The notes beneath the pieces are model-generated. The model saw only the letters and a program-made list of their open reading frames with translations, was not told the DNA's origin and searched no databases. This document shows, in pieces, positions 24,691-38,209 of a stretch of DNA of 64,000 nucleotides (position 1 is its first letter; each line of letters begins with the position of its first letter). The DNA lies in assembly GCF_006345805.1 (NCBI RefSeq), contig NC_043021.1:3472001-3536000 (forward strand). The letters run 5' to 3'. The DNA comes from Octopus sinensis (lineage: Eukaryota). A program made the translations under genes and the position numbers.

Positions 24691-25372
24691 TTAAGTAAAA
24701 TAACTTTGTTATTTTTAAATTAGAAATTTTAATTGCTGGTTTTAATTTAGCTGACTTTAAAGCAGGAAGCTTGTTTCATAGACACAGGAATGGTTTTCGG
24801 AAGGTTGGTATCAACCGGGTTAAGACAAAAATGATAGAAAAATCTGCAAGCTAAACCATATACTGGAATATTTCTGCAGAAAATCATTGCCTGTTTCAAT
24901 TGATTTTTGAAAATAATGATGAATTCAGTAAAAATAATTACCATTATTAAATTAGAGAAAGGTGGCGAGCTGACAGAAATGTTAGCACGTCGGGTGAAAT
25001 GCTTAGCGGTATTTTGTCTGTCTTTGTGCTCTGAGTTCAAATTCCGCCGAGATTGACTTTGCCTTTCATCCGGATTATGATGAACAATATCTCATAGAAT
25101 CTGCTGCTAGAGAAAAAAAATGTGGCTCAAGCCATACTAGTTCAGGTGAACAAACCATTTTATAATCTGAAATACTGGTGCTTAAAAAGAGATTCTTTGT
25201 TGGCAGGTAAAACCAGATACCTTGATTCCTACCAAGCTTCCTGGCAACCATCCTTGTTATAAACTCTTTTTCCATCATCTTTAAGCCCCAACTCATCAAT
25301 TTTATTGCCATCTCCACTTTTTTCAACATCATTGTCATTGTTGTTGTTGTCATCGTCATCATCATCATCATA

Positions 25373-25373
25373 A

Positions 25374-25405
<32 letters not shown>

Positions 25406-25829
25406 AATTATTGTATACAGTGCTCAGGTGCACCACAACTTGTCAGAAGGTGTGTATAAAGCATATGCAGTAATGTACAAATGCCTGGGAAGTGAACAAT
25501 GCATGAGTCAGATACATGCTTGTGTGTGTATGGAGGGGAGGAAATCAGGTGTAGTGTTGGCGAATCTCAGAAAGCATGGAAGTTTTGAAGGATGCAGTGC
25601 TCCGACAACGAACAACTGATGCCGGCAGTTTGTTCCATGCTTCAGCAACTCTCAGCGTGAAAAAATGTTTCCTAAAGTCATGGGAGCTGTGCTGTTTTCT
25701 TACTTTGTAAATATGTCCACGGGTGTTAGACGGGTGGAGTTTGAAAAGGTGCTCAGAGTTATTGTTTGTAAGACGGTTGATAATTTTATAGGTGTCTGCC
25801 AAGTCAGCTGCCAGACGTCGGAGTTTCAA
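25373..25829 (-). mobile_element. 5'-truncated CR1-type LINE (ORF2 C-terminus, 3' UTR, ATT tail)
   Basis: RRLAADLADTYKIIN...NTRGHIYKVRK...RKHFFTLRVAEAWNKLP...SFK is the classic CR1 C-terminus; a microsatellite tail follows. Confidence 0.85.
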
Positions 25830-26357
25830 TGTGTCATCATCATGTCTGCTGTCTGGTTAGTTCTCTGCCCCATCCACAGAAGCTTTCCATGTTGAGATAT
25901 AAAAAAACCCCACTGAAATACCTCTTCTACAATAAAAGGGGTAACTTGTAGTGTGCAGCTTCTAACATGTGTTGCTTTGCTGTGACAGAATTGTGACAAA
26001 ATGTACCATGTATGTATTTTATTGTGTGTTTTACGTATGTATTCTCATGTATATAGTAGCATATATAGACATCATCATCATCATCGTTTAGCGTCCGCTT
26101 TCCATGCTGGCATGGGTTGGACGGTGCAACTGGGGTCTAGGAAGCCAGAAGGCTGCACAAGGCCCAGTCTGATCTGGCAGTGTTTCTACGGCTGGATGTC
26201 ATTCCTAACGCCAACCACTCCATGAGTGTAGTGGGTGCTTTTTACGTGCCACCGGCACAGGTGCCAGACAAGGCTGGCAAACGGCCACGATCGGATGGTG
26301 CTATTTACATGCCACCAGCACAGAAGCCAGTTAGGGCGGCGCTATGCTCATATATAT

Positions 26358-26510
26358 TTAAATGATAAACTTCTGGAAAGTTTTACAGATTTTTACAGTT
26401 CCAGTGATGGATTGGATCTGTAGTCTTCGAATTAGCTTTCTCCTTTCTGGTTTTGAGAAGTCTAATTTCTCAAGATTGGTATTTAAGCTGTGTGTTACAT
26501 ATACACCTCT
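26358..26510 (-). mobile_element. R4/Dong-like (restriction-like endonuclease) non-LTR element, extreme C-terminus
   Basis: YVTHSLNTNLEKLDF...LIRRLQIQSITGTVKICKTF* resembles the LQKxxLxGTxxI end of RLE-encoding elements. Confidence 0.55.
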
Positions 26511-29500
26511 GATTCTCCGTGAAATGTTGATAGTGTTATTGAGGGAAGGAGTTTGCAGGAGTCCATCCTCCATATTTGTCATCATCGTATTTCTGGTTTC
26601 ATCTTTTTACCTTGTGTGTTGGGTTTCATTTATGTGTGTCCCGTGTCACAAATACTAAATGTGACCTCTCAGATTGTGAAAAAGAAGCATCAAAGGCGAC
26701 ATTCCTGACTCAGCAACAACTACGGCATCGGCTGAAGAAACGGTAATAATACTGTTATGATATGTGCTAAAAGATCACCTTGACATACTGAAGAAGCAAA
26801 ATGCAAATATTCAAATAGTGTGGGAAAATAATATATAAAGCATAAAACAAAAAACGTCTCTTATCTGTTCAGAAGTGAATTTCTGATAAAAACAAAAAAC
26901 AATTCTTTCAAAATAACAAAACATGTCATTCTCCATGGACAGGTTGTATAACATTGCTTGTAACAAATATTAGCAAAACATGAGGTTTGGGTTGATGGAG
27001 TAACAACTATCTGGGCAGTTGTTTACATACCACGAAATATCACTGATATTTCAAGGGTGTAGGATGGTGTCATAATTTCGATATATGAATCTTGTTTGAC
27101 AAATTCAATTTGAAACACAAAAATGCATATCCACCTAGTGTCATATCCATACGCATTATAGAAAACCATGATCATGTATGTACATGTGTGTGTGTGTATG
27201 TGTGTGTGTACCCATAACATACATATATATATATATATATATAAATACATATATATGTACATACAGACTCATATATATACATATACACTCATATAAATGA
27301 AAATACACACATATATAAAATATGCATAACATATCATCATCATCATCATCATCATCATTTAGCGTCCGTTTTCTGTGCTAGCATGGGTTGGATGGTTCGA
27401 CCGGGGTCTGGGAAGCCAGGAGGCTGCACCAGGCTCCAGTCTGATCTGGCAGTGTTTCTACAGCTGGATGTCCTTCCTAATGCTAACCACTCCGCGAGTG
27501 TAGTGGGTGCTTTTTACGTGCCACCGGCACAGGTGCCAGGGGAGTCTTGCAGCGGACACGATCGGTTGGTGCTTTTTACGTGCCACCGGCACAGAAGCCA
27601 GTCAATATATATATATACGATGGGCTTCTTTCAGTTTCTATCTACCAAATCCACTCACAAAGCTTTGGTTAACCTGAGTCTAAAGTAGAAGACACTTGCC
27701 CAAGGTGCCACACAATGGGATTGAACTCTGAACCATATAGTTGGGAAGCAAGCTTCTTACCATACATCCATGCCTGCGCCCATAGTTAATTCTCCTAAAA
27801 TAATCTTCCTTTCCACATGGATAAAAGGCAATGTTACAAAGGCAGGATTTGAACTCGGTGTGTAGAGAATGCTTCAAGGCTTTCCTATCCACTGTTCAAC
27901 CAACTGCCAACATAAATAATCATATTTACAACTAAAAACAAAAACAGTTTCTTCTTTATTATTCTTTCAGATTTCAACATTATACCTCTAAATTGTAAGT
28001 ATTGTATGTCTTTCTGTGTATGGCTTATAAGGTGTCCATATCTCTGAATAATTATTTTTAGGAACAGGTTTTCCTTCTGCTCCCATTTCCTCTACTTAAT
28101 TCCCCAACCCCTCCCACTTTGCCTTCATGTTGTTTGTTTACGTCTTTGTTTAAGCACCTAGCTCCTTCTACCTTCTCTCCCCAATCCTTAATTTCCTCCT
28201 CCTTCTCCTACATTCAACTCTTGCCTTCCAACTTTCAAGCTTCTTACACCACCCCTCTTTTTACCCCTTCTCTTTCTTTCTTTCTCTCTCTCCTCTCTCC
28301 TTCCCTCATTCCTCCTCAACTCTCACATCACTCCTTCAAACTCAGAATTTTTTTCTCATTTACATTTATTTCCCTCCATCCCAAAGGACAACATCGTTTC
28401 GCTTTTCCCTTTTTGTTACTCTCCAACTAAGGGCAAGGCTTGAATCTAAAATTCTACATTCCTCAAAGCAAATGTAATTATTGAACTCTCTTACTCAACT
28501 CATTGCTTTTTCTAAGACTTGTTCTGGGGGAAGGGGCCATGCTTAAGACCTTCCAAGACCAGTGAAACTGACACAGGTAATGTTTTTCCTTGAACAGTTG
28601 AACAAAATGAGTTATATAAAAACCATCCACAACAGCGGTGGTGCCCCAGCATGGCTGCGGCCTTCGGGCTACAACATTTTAAAGGATTTAAGGAACAAGG
28701 TTCAGTACTTAATCTAGTAAGATGGCTTTGTGGCCCTGAAAGCTGTGCCAGAAGAGTGCACATTCATGGTAGGGCCTCCTATACTGGACAGGTCAAAGGA
28801 TGGGGGCCAGAGAATATGAACCACGTCTTTCCAAAGGCAAAAATGGGTTTGCAGAGGGCCAGTACCTCGTGCTTTCTAACCTTAACTTCCAAGCTTCTCA
28901 TATCACCCCTCCACCCCTCTCTCTCTCTCTCTCCGCATTCTCCTCTCACCTTCCCTCATTCTTCCTCAACTCTCACATCACTCCTTCAACTTCAGTTCTT
29001 TTCTCATCATCATCATCATCATCAGGGTCGTCATCATTTTACTTGCCTCCACCCCACACAATAACATCACAAAGAAGAAAAACAACCGAAGTTACAGAAG
29101 CATTGAAGATGGTTCAAAACCAGCAAGACTTGGGAGTGCAAGGCCTTCCGTCAGGGAAACATACGATATGATACAGTAAAATCTGAGGGGATCCTGCAAG
29201 GCTGGGTCCCTTTCTGACCACCGGGTGAAATATCAAAATTGCAACATGGACAGGTAAGAAATGAAGGGCTGTGGGGGAAGAGTAGGTGGTGCAGGTGCTA
29301 GTGGAGGAACAGACCTGGAAGTGTAAGTGGAGACGGAATAAGGTACACTGTAAGGAAACGAAAGAGAAATTGGAAGAGAGGAAACCCTAAAGATAGCTGG
29401 AGGTGGGATACTGAGTTGAAAAAAGTGGGGATGCAATTGGAGAGTAACAGTCAAGAGCCCAGAGTCGAAAAGGATGGAGAAGGGTCATTGATGGACTTTT

Positions 29501-29996
29501 GATTCATAAGGAGTAATGATGGTAGTGCTTGTGGTGGTGGTGGCGGCGATGGCAATTATGATGATGATGATGATGATTGATGATGATGACAGCGACGGTA
29601 ACCATGACAATGCCACCACCACCGCTGCAGCAGATAGTGATGGTGGTGGTGGTAGTGGTGGTTGTGGTGGTGGTGGTGGTGGTGGTGGTGGTGGTGGTTG
29701 TGGTAGTGGTGGTGGTAGTGGTGGTGGCAGCGGCAGCAGTGCTGATGATGATGATGACGACAACAACAACGATGATGACAATGATAATGGTGGTGGTGGA
29801 GATGATAATAATAACAATGATGATGATGATGATGATGATGATGTCAATGATGATGACCTGAGCTGGTAAATGGCTGTATTATCATTGTATGCCATTGGGT
29901 TGCTAACTATTTGTACTGACATGCCTTAGTCAAGGAATTTCGTTTATTCACAATATTTGTAAACTGTTCATATAACTCTAAGCTGATATGGTATGC

Positions 29997-30031
<35 letters not shown>

Positions 30032-30282
30032 TTAGCACACTGGGCAAAATGCTTAGCGGTATTTCATCTGTCTTTGTGTTCTGAGTTCAAATTCCACTAG
30101 GGTCGACTTTACCTTCGTCCTTTCAAGGGTCAATAAAATAAGTACCAGTTGAGCACTGGGAGTTGATGAAATCATCTTACACTCTCTCTGAAATTGCTGG
30201 CCTTGTGCCAAAATTTGAAACCATTATTATTATTATCATCATTATTATTATAATTATTATTATTATTATTATTATTATTATT

Positions 30283-30749
30283 GAGTGAGAGAGCAGTTCA
30301 TGCCATCAAAGCGACACTGGGGTAAAATATACGAAGCCCAATATACCCATCATGACTACCCGTCTGATAAGGGTACACCAGGCACATGCATCACAACCAT
30401 AAGTGTGCGACATGGTGATCTCATATCAAGGTAAACAGCGTATGACCTTGCAGGTGGGGCCCAGTTAGAATTTTCTTCAGGTCGCGTAGCCCATCCCGCT
30501 CAAAAGGTCCCTGAATAAGGGTTGTTTAAGGATGTTGAAAGAACCACCTATGTTTCCAGAGGTGAATTATTCAAACCCCAAAGAATCCCTCTCAACACAT
30601 GGCTATGATGCTCCCCCACTACTTCTGCTCGTGATCAGAGATGCACATATCGTCAGCCACCAGAGGACATGCTCAACTGGTTAAGGTCAAACAACTGACA
30701 AGCAAATCTGTGGTATTGAGCAGAATATTTGCTGTAGCCCATCTTTTAT
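30283..30749 (-). mobile_element. SINE-like family E with (AAT)n tail
   Basis: Discrete non-coding element abutting an ATT run. A partial inverted copy is at 32246-32398. Confidence 0.6.
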
Positions 30750-30985
30750 ATTATCTTTTATTATTATTATTATTATTATTTGAGTTACTGAATATGTCAT
30801 TTCATAATAAATAGCAGTAAAGATAATAATCAAAACATTTTTTACAACAATAAAAATAACAACTCACAAGACAGTGGAATGCTGCTAACAACTACATTTT
30901 AAACCAACAAGTGGGCCCCTGCATGGCTGTTTGATCTGTTAGAAACGGTAGTGAAATCTCCCTCAAATCAAAAAAAAAATTTCAC

Positions 30986-31153
30986 AGCAGGAGTGGCTGT
31001 GTGGTAAGTAGTTGTTTACCAACCACATGGTTCCGGGTTCAGTCCCACTGTGTGGCATCTTGGGCAAGTGTCTTCTACTATAGCCTCGGGCCGACCAAAG
31101 CCTTGTGAGTGAATTTGGTAGACGGAAACTGAAAGAAGCCCGTCGTATATATG

Positions 31154-31207
<54 letters not shown>

Positions 31208-31432
31208 ATATATATATATGCGTGTGTGTGTTTGTGTGTCTGTGTTTGTCCCCCTAGCATTGCTTGACAACCGATGCTGGTGTGTTTATGTCCCCGTTAC
31301 TTAGCGGTTCAGCAAAAAGAGACCGATAGAATAAGTACTGGGCTTACAAAAGAATAAGTCCCGTGGTCGAGTTGCTCGATTAAAGGCGGTGCTCCAACAT
31401 GGCCGCAGTCTAATGACTGAAACAAGTAAAGG
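30986..31432 (+). mobile_element. SINE family B
   Basis: Matches 24271-24690, with a longer internal (TA)n. Confidence 0.85.
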
Positions 31433-32518
31433 TTAAAATAAAAGATAAAGAAAACAAAAAGCTTAACAAATGAGAAAAGTTATTTCTGTTTTTGTTTTTT
31501 TTCTCTTTTATCATACAACACAATATTTGAAATATGTGTGGGAGTGATTATCTCTGCTTTTATCACAGAACCACCACACAAAATCTGGTTATTTACCGTA
31601 TTGGGAACATTAGACAACTGTTACTGGCTCTGATAAAAAAACATTTGGCTTTCGTTTTGCTTGTACTCGCAATGTTTCCAGCATTGTTTTTAGCGATTAT
31701 TGTGGTGGTGTTGGTGGTAACTTACATGACTGGGGGAGGAGAATATAGTCTCTACGGTAGGGATGCTGGTGGTGGTGGTGGTGGTGGTGGTGGTGGCGGC
31801 AGTGGTGGTGGTGGCGGCAGTGGTGGTGGTGGCAGCAGTGGCGGTGGTAGTGGTGGTGGTGGTGGTGGTGGTGGTGGTGGTGGCGGCGGTGGTTGCGATG
31901 GCGGTGGCAGAGGTGACAGTGGTGGTGGTGGTGGTGGTGGTGGTGGTGGCGGCGGTGGTTGCAGTGGCAGTGGCGGTGGTAGTGGTGGTGGTGGTGGCGG
32001 CGGTGGCGATGGCGGATGGTAGAGGTGGCAGTGGTGGTGGTAGAGGTGGCAGTGGTGGTGGTGGTAGAGGTGGCAGTGGTGGTGGTGGTGGTGGTGGCGG
32101 TGGTTGCAGTGGCGATGGCAGTGGTAGAGGTGGCAGTGGTGGTGGTGGTGGTGGTAGAACTGTTGGTTGTTGTGTAAGCTATTTCCTATTTTCCATTACA
32201 TTTCAGACAAATCCATCACCGAGTTGCTGAAGCAGAAATATCATTATGGCAAATATTCTGCTCAATACCACAGATTTCCTTGTGACTTGTTTGACCTTAA
32301 CCACTTGAGCATGTTCCTTAGTGGCTGACAATATGTGCATCTCTGATGATGAGCAGGAGTAGTGGGAGAGCATCATAGCCATGTGTTGAGAGGGATTGTT
32401 CAGTGCTTGAATAAATATCATAACAAAATCAAAGTTTAAAGGAAATATTAGCCATTTTTCTATACTTTCTAGGGATAAGCAAATAAGAAATAATACAAAG
32501 GACAAAAATCATGTTACC

Positions 32519-32855
32519 CAAGGGGTTCTCAACTATTTTTTATCTATGGACCCCTTTGATTCCTATTTTATTCTGGTTGACCCCCAGAGCCATTTGATGC
32601 TTCAAAAACTAGTTTTAGAGATACTTCTTTCAAAATTCCGATTTTGTTTTTCACACATTAACTTGTGTAGATTGAACTATATAAAAAAAATACTAGAGAA
32701 AAAAAGAACTTAGCTGTTTCTTGCAAAACATACCAATACAGAATCTAAAGTAAACATTTTTTCAGGGGACCTTAAAATACTATTATCAATCCCCAATTCA
32801 CTATTTTGCTGTATGGACCCTAAGGGGCCATATAATCCCTGGTTGAGAACTACTG
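32519..32855. mobile_element. hAT/Charlie-like MITE
   Basis: CAAGGGGTTCTCAAC...GTTGAGAACTACTG termini with subterminal GGACCC repeats. No clear 8-bp target-site duplication. Confidence 0.6.
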
Positions 32856-32945
32856 ATCTAGATCAATCCTGATCAAGCCAGCATATGACCAAAGGTATCC
32901 AACCATGACCATTCTGTCTTTTCAGCAGTATATATATATATATAT

Positions 32946-33157
32946 ATAGTTAATCCAAACATGAAAACACAAAGAGAAAACACAACAACGCGAGGACGTG
33001 GAACAAATATAGTATTATTGGACGCTCGGGAAGGAAGGGAAGAAGGATGGTTTAACGTTTCGGGCAGAGCTCTTCGTCGGAAACATAGGAGAAGGAAAGA
33101 TCCAGAGAAGGGAAGACAGAGGAAAAAAAATCGCCAACGGTACACACGCGGTCACAT
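32946..33157 (-). mobile_element. Penelope-like element terminal-repeat fragment inserted in (TA)n
   Basis: CpG-rich 210-bp island flanked by TA runs and carrying a minimal hammerhead motif, a known feature of Penelope pseudo-LTRs. Confidence 0.55.
33050..33084 (-). ncRNA. Minimal type I hammerhead ribozyme motif (degenerate copy)
   Basis: Reverse strand reads GUUU-CCGACGA-A-GAGC-UCU-GCCC-GAA-ACGU-U-AAAC: helix I GUUU/AAAC, CUGANGA-like box with U4C, helix II with one mismatch, GAAA box, and palindromic ACGU helix III. Confidence 0.6.
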
Positions 33158-36100
33158 TTTGAATATATATATATATATTGAAATACAATGTCTAATGAGC
33201 CCATACTTTCTTTTAAAACTATGGGCTGAAATCTGGATCTGAAAGGGATTTTGCTGCTATTTTTAGCAGCTTGAGTAACTATGTAGAAGCGCCCCTATTA
33301 CAGAGTGTAAGAAAAGTAGGAGTAGTGGTGGTGGTGATTGTTGAAGTGGTGGTGATGGTGAGAGCTGTGGTACCAGTTGTGCTACAGGTTGATGTTGTTG
33401 TGGTGTTGAAGAAGTTGTGCTGGAGATTATTGTTGTTGTAGTGGTGGTGGTGGTGGTGGTGGTGGGCATGGGTGGTAGTGGTTACTGCACTAGTTGTGCT
33501 GGAGATTGTTGTTGTGGTGAGGTGGTAGTACTTGCTGTAGTAGTTGTGTTGGAGGGTATTGTTGTGGTTGCAGTGGTACTAAAGGCGATGGTGATGGTGG
33601 TGGTTGTGGTGGCTGTTATTTTAGTGTTAGAGATTGTTGTAGTTTTCATGGCGGTGGTGGTGTCAGTGGAAGCTGCAGTGGCAGAAATGATAGTAGTAGT
33701 GGCAGCATCAGTGGTGATGATGGAGGCAGTGATAGTGGTGGTGGTGGCAGTGGTGGTGGCGGTGGTGATGGAGGTGGTGGTAGTGGTGGTGGTGGTGGTG
33801 GTGGTGGTGGTGGTGGTAGCAGTGGTGGTGGAGGTGGTAGTAGTGGTGGTGGTGGTGGTGGTGGTGGCAGTGGTGGTGGTGGCGGTAGTGGTGATGGAGG
33901 TGATGGTGGTGGTGGTGGCGGTGGCGGCGGCAGTGGTGATGGAGGTGGTGGCGGTGGTGGCGGTGGCGGTGGTGGCGGCGGCGGCGGTGGTGATGGAGGT
34001 GGTAGTAGTGGTGGTGACCAAAGAAAAGTTGGAACACAAAAAGCTGAAGACTGAGAATGGTGAGATTGAAACAGACAGTATAGAGATAAGCACAAACATA
34101 GACAGATAAGAGAGAGAGAGAGAGAGAGAGAGTGACAGACAGACAGACAGAGACAGATAGAGGTAGAGGTCGAGAAAGCTTGAGCATTAGAAAGAGAGAG
34201 TAGATGCTGATGGATAGACAAAGAAGATATGTGTGTATAGATTCACTTCTATACATATCAACTTACCTTCATACTTAGAGATATACTAGTATACCCGTGT
34301 CATAAAAAGGACAACAGATTTATTTACTGATTACAGAGAATGGCACATCCATTCAAAACATAGGTGGGATCATGGAGAAATTTCTTAATTTACCTAAAGG
34401 CTTTTCACTTTGTATTCAACAGTAAAGTATTAGCTATAATTTGTATTTATGACAGTATATGTGGTCCAATGGTATGAAAGCAGACAGTTTGAATGTGCTG
34501 AGTAAGAGGAATATGCAAAAGTAATCATAAGAAGGAATAATTTAGTAGTAAAAATGGTATTAGTAAGTTGCTAGTGTGGCCAAGCTTTACCTTAAGATTA
34601 ATAATAATTAAGGATAATCATAGTTAGGAGATTACATAGACTTAACAAAATGAGCAAATGATGAATAGTTCCTGTGTTTGCAAGAGAGTATTACACTTCT
34701 CACTCCAACTGCGTCAAGGTCCAGGATGCATCCCAGGCCAGTGTCTGTGATCAAATTGTTGATGTAAGTGTGTTTTTCTCCATGAAGTGGAGTTCCACAA
34801 GGCTAATACCTATGCCCTCAGTTCAGGGTGGTGCACATAATGACCAGATAGTTGCAGTTGTCATTGCCTGATCTTCTTGCTAACATTCGGCAGGTCTTCA
34901 TAAAGGCATTTGTTTGTTGTATGTTGTTGTCATTTCACATTTAGGGTCATTTGTTTCACCCTTGTGTAGTAGCCATCTCAACCCATTGTCAGTGTCCATG
35001 TTTCACTTCTCTATAACAGCACTGATTGATTAGACAGTTGCAATGAACAGCTTGCTATTGATGTAAATGATGATGATGATGAGGAGGAGGAGGAGGAGGA
35101 GGATGGTGGTGATGATAATGAAGAATTTCTATACTTATTGTGGTGCTATGAAGGAATAACACAAATGCCCACATGCACACACAGACACACACACACACCC
35201 GCACACAAACAAACAGAGTGATGGTGGTGGAGCAAAAATATAAAAATGCAAAACAGTGATTAAGGCATGTTTAAACATTTTGATATGCAAAAACAAATAC
35301 ACAAAACAACCAGTTGATAAATAAATACAGAAATTTATTAAATACCTTCTCTTCTACTCTAGCAAGCAACTGCAGCTGAGATTGCTTCACCATTCCACAT
35401 CAGGAATCGCTGTCCACTCCTCCACCCACCCTCATAAGATTTTAGATTCCCAATTTCAGATTGTGGGTCTGTCAAAAGCATCAATGCAGCGGAGTGGTCT
35501 TTTCCCTCTAACTAGGGTGAGAAAGTTTCCAGAATATAACATCCAGTATGGACACGGGATGGTTTTTAACATGATAGTAGTGGCCAGCAAAGTGTACCCC
35601 ATATATATATATATCATCAACATCATCATCATTTAATGTCCATTGTCCATGCTGGCATGGTTTGGACAGTTCGACCGGGCTGGCAAGCTGGAAGGCCGCA
35701 CCAAACTCCAGTCTGATTTGGCATGGTTTTTTCTATAGCTGGATGCCCTTCCTAATGCCAACCACTCTGAGAAAGTAATGGGTGCTTTTACGTGCCACTG
35801 GCATGAGTGCCATTTGCATGACACCAGGGTGCTTTTACGTGCCATGGTATGAGTGCCATTTGCATGACACTGGTATCCACCACAACCGCAATTTTGCTCA
35901 GCTTGATGAGTCTTCTACTCAAGCAAGACTTAATGCACTTTAATTACAGCTACAACTCATTTTGGCTTGCTGAGTGAACTGGGGCAAGATAAACCTTCAA
36001 GTGGTTGGAAGAAATGAAAAAAGATCCTATATAGGGGCAGGAAAATCTTTTTAGTCACTATAGTTGTTAATCCAGTCCTAACAGTGGCCTAAATATCTAT

Positions 36101-36183
36101 CTATCTATCTAACTAGCTCTCTATAAATCTGCTTTATGGACATGAAATCCAGGGTAATCCCACAAACCAGCCTTATCTGTATT

Positions 36184-36233
<50 letters not shown>

Positions 36234-36641
36234 CATGCACAGACACACATATAATTTGTAAAATATAACTATCCTCTCTATTGTACATATCATTGATACC
36301 ATAACATTATCTGATGTCCATTAGAAATCTTACATTGTTATATAATCTCTGATGAACTGATAATGTAATCTACTTTAAAAGTTTTTCCTTATTCAAACAG
36401 ATACAATAGCTGTTATTGTTAATGAAATATGTGTAAGATAAAATAACTAAATAACATGAATAAACTCTCCATTTACCTTTTTCTTTTATATGTGTAGCCT
36501 GTTATCTTTCAAACAATGGAGAGTAGTGAAAGGAAATTTGAACTATTATAGACAAGTGCTCTTTGCTGCATTTTCTTTTGATAAATACAAAAACATATGA
36601 AGTTTTAAATATTAAATATATTCAATTTACCTCCACCCGCT

Positions 36642-38209
36642 ATTGCTGCGATGGTTGTTGGGATGGTTTCTGTCTACCAAATTCACTCACAAGGCTTTGG
36701 CTGGCCTGAGGCTATAGTAGAAGACACTTGCCCAAGGGACCACGCAGTGGGACTGAACCTGGAACCATGTGGCTGGTAAACAAGCTTTTTACCACACACC
36801 CACACCTGATATTTCTATATATTAATATGTGTATGTATATGACTAATGCCACGCATCCATTTCCAAGTAAGTTTAGCCTAATCTTTTTGATGTGACTCTG
36901 CTTTTCTCTAATTCCCCACCCCTTTCTCTAATTCCCTTCTTCTCCCCTTCACTGTTTTTTCTCTCTCTCTCTCCCTCTTTCTCTTTTTCTCTCTCTTGTT
37001 GCTCACACATAACCATCATCCGTCTTTCTTTTCCTCACATGATCATCTTTCCCTTCCTTCAGGACTGGACGTATTCTATCTCTCTCTTCTATCTTTTATC
37101 TTTTCAAAGAAAATATTTCCCCAGCATTCGCTATTTTACCCACGTTCTGGTCTAATGACCCTCCATGTTTGTTTTCATTTGGTTTCCTTGTATGTCTCCA
37201 CTGTCCTGTTTTTGTTCCTAACTTAGACCCTCCATAAATCCAAAATTTTATTTTAGTATTTATGGGAGCAACTGTCGTCAAAGGCCTATATTGTCGTTCA
37301 GTGCTTGAAATGAGAAGTAGATAGACAGCCAACGACTGATGAAGGGTTGTTCTTTGTGTTACTTGTCCTGTTTTCCATTTGTTTCTCTCATTGTTTGTGT
37401 ATTGAACTCATTGGTTTTTGTATTTCATGTTGTTTACTGTTGGTGACGTCCTGTACCCATATATGCATGTGTGTATGTATGTATGTATATATATATAGAT
37501 ATATACATACATACATGTAAATGTAAAGCATTGACGTAAGTCCTTTCTGGTACTTAAACCCCTCTCTTCTGACATTTAACATTGTGAAACCATTGTTGTT
37601 CCATGAAATCAGATACTGAAGTTTCAATTTACAGCTAATAATGTTATCTCAGTGCTTGCCCAAATAAAGTGAATTATTTCAGATGTTGTTAAAAATTACT
37701 TATCTATGCTTAATAATCAAAGATATTACAGTTATACGTAACTAACGATCAAAGGTATTTATCTTACTTACTCACATTAAAGCACCTATTTAAAGTCTAA
37801 TCATACAAAAGTGCATATTTGAAATTTATCACCTGAAAATACTTATCTAAAACATTCCAGTTCTTGGCAGCTGAACTTAACTACCAATTCCTGAGCACGT
37901 TTATTGTCTAATAAGAATTTAGTGCACAACACCATTGCTCATGAGTTGATACCATAACATATGGTGAAACAAAACATTGGGTCTTGGCATAAGACATTGG
38001 TTTCAAATTCTGACACAAGGCCAGCAATTATAAATAAATAAACTTACTTGGAAATGGATGCATGGCATTAGTCATATACATACAGACACATATTGATATA
38101 TAGAAATATCAGGTGTTGGGCAAGTGTCTTCTACTATAGCCTCAGGCCAACCAAAGCCTTGTGAGTCAATTTGGTAGACAGAAACCATCCCAACAACCTT
38201 TGCAGCAAT
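36642..38209. repeat. Local inverted duplication (36642-36875 vs 38039-38209)
   Basis: A SINE fragment and its non-SINE flanks are both repeated in reverse; the right copy lacks about 65 nt. Confidence 0.85.

Noticed and set aside
33417-34256. Mucin-like, poly-Val or poly-Pro ORFs (also 23254-24099, 29485-29922, 31534-32230)
   Set aside because: Open in several frames on both strands because trinucleotide repeats lack stop codons; no domain or splice evidence.
37280-37350. Second hammerhead around CTGATGA at 37336
   Set aside because: No helix II with a GAAA box follows, and there is no valid NUH cleavage triplet.
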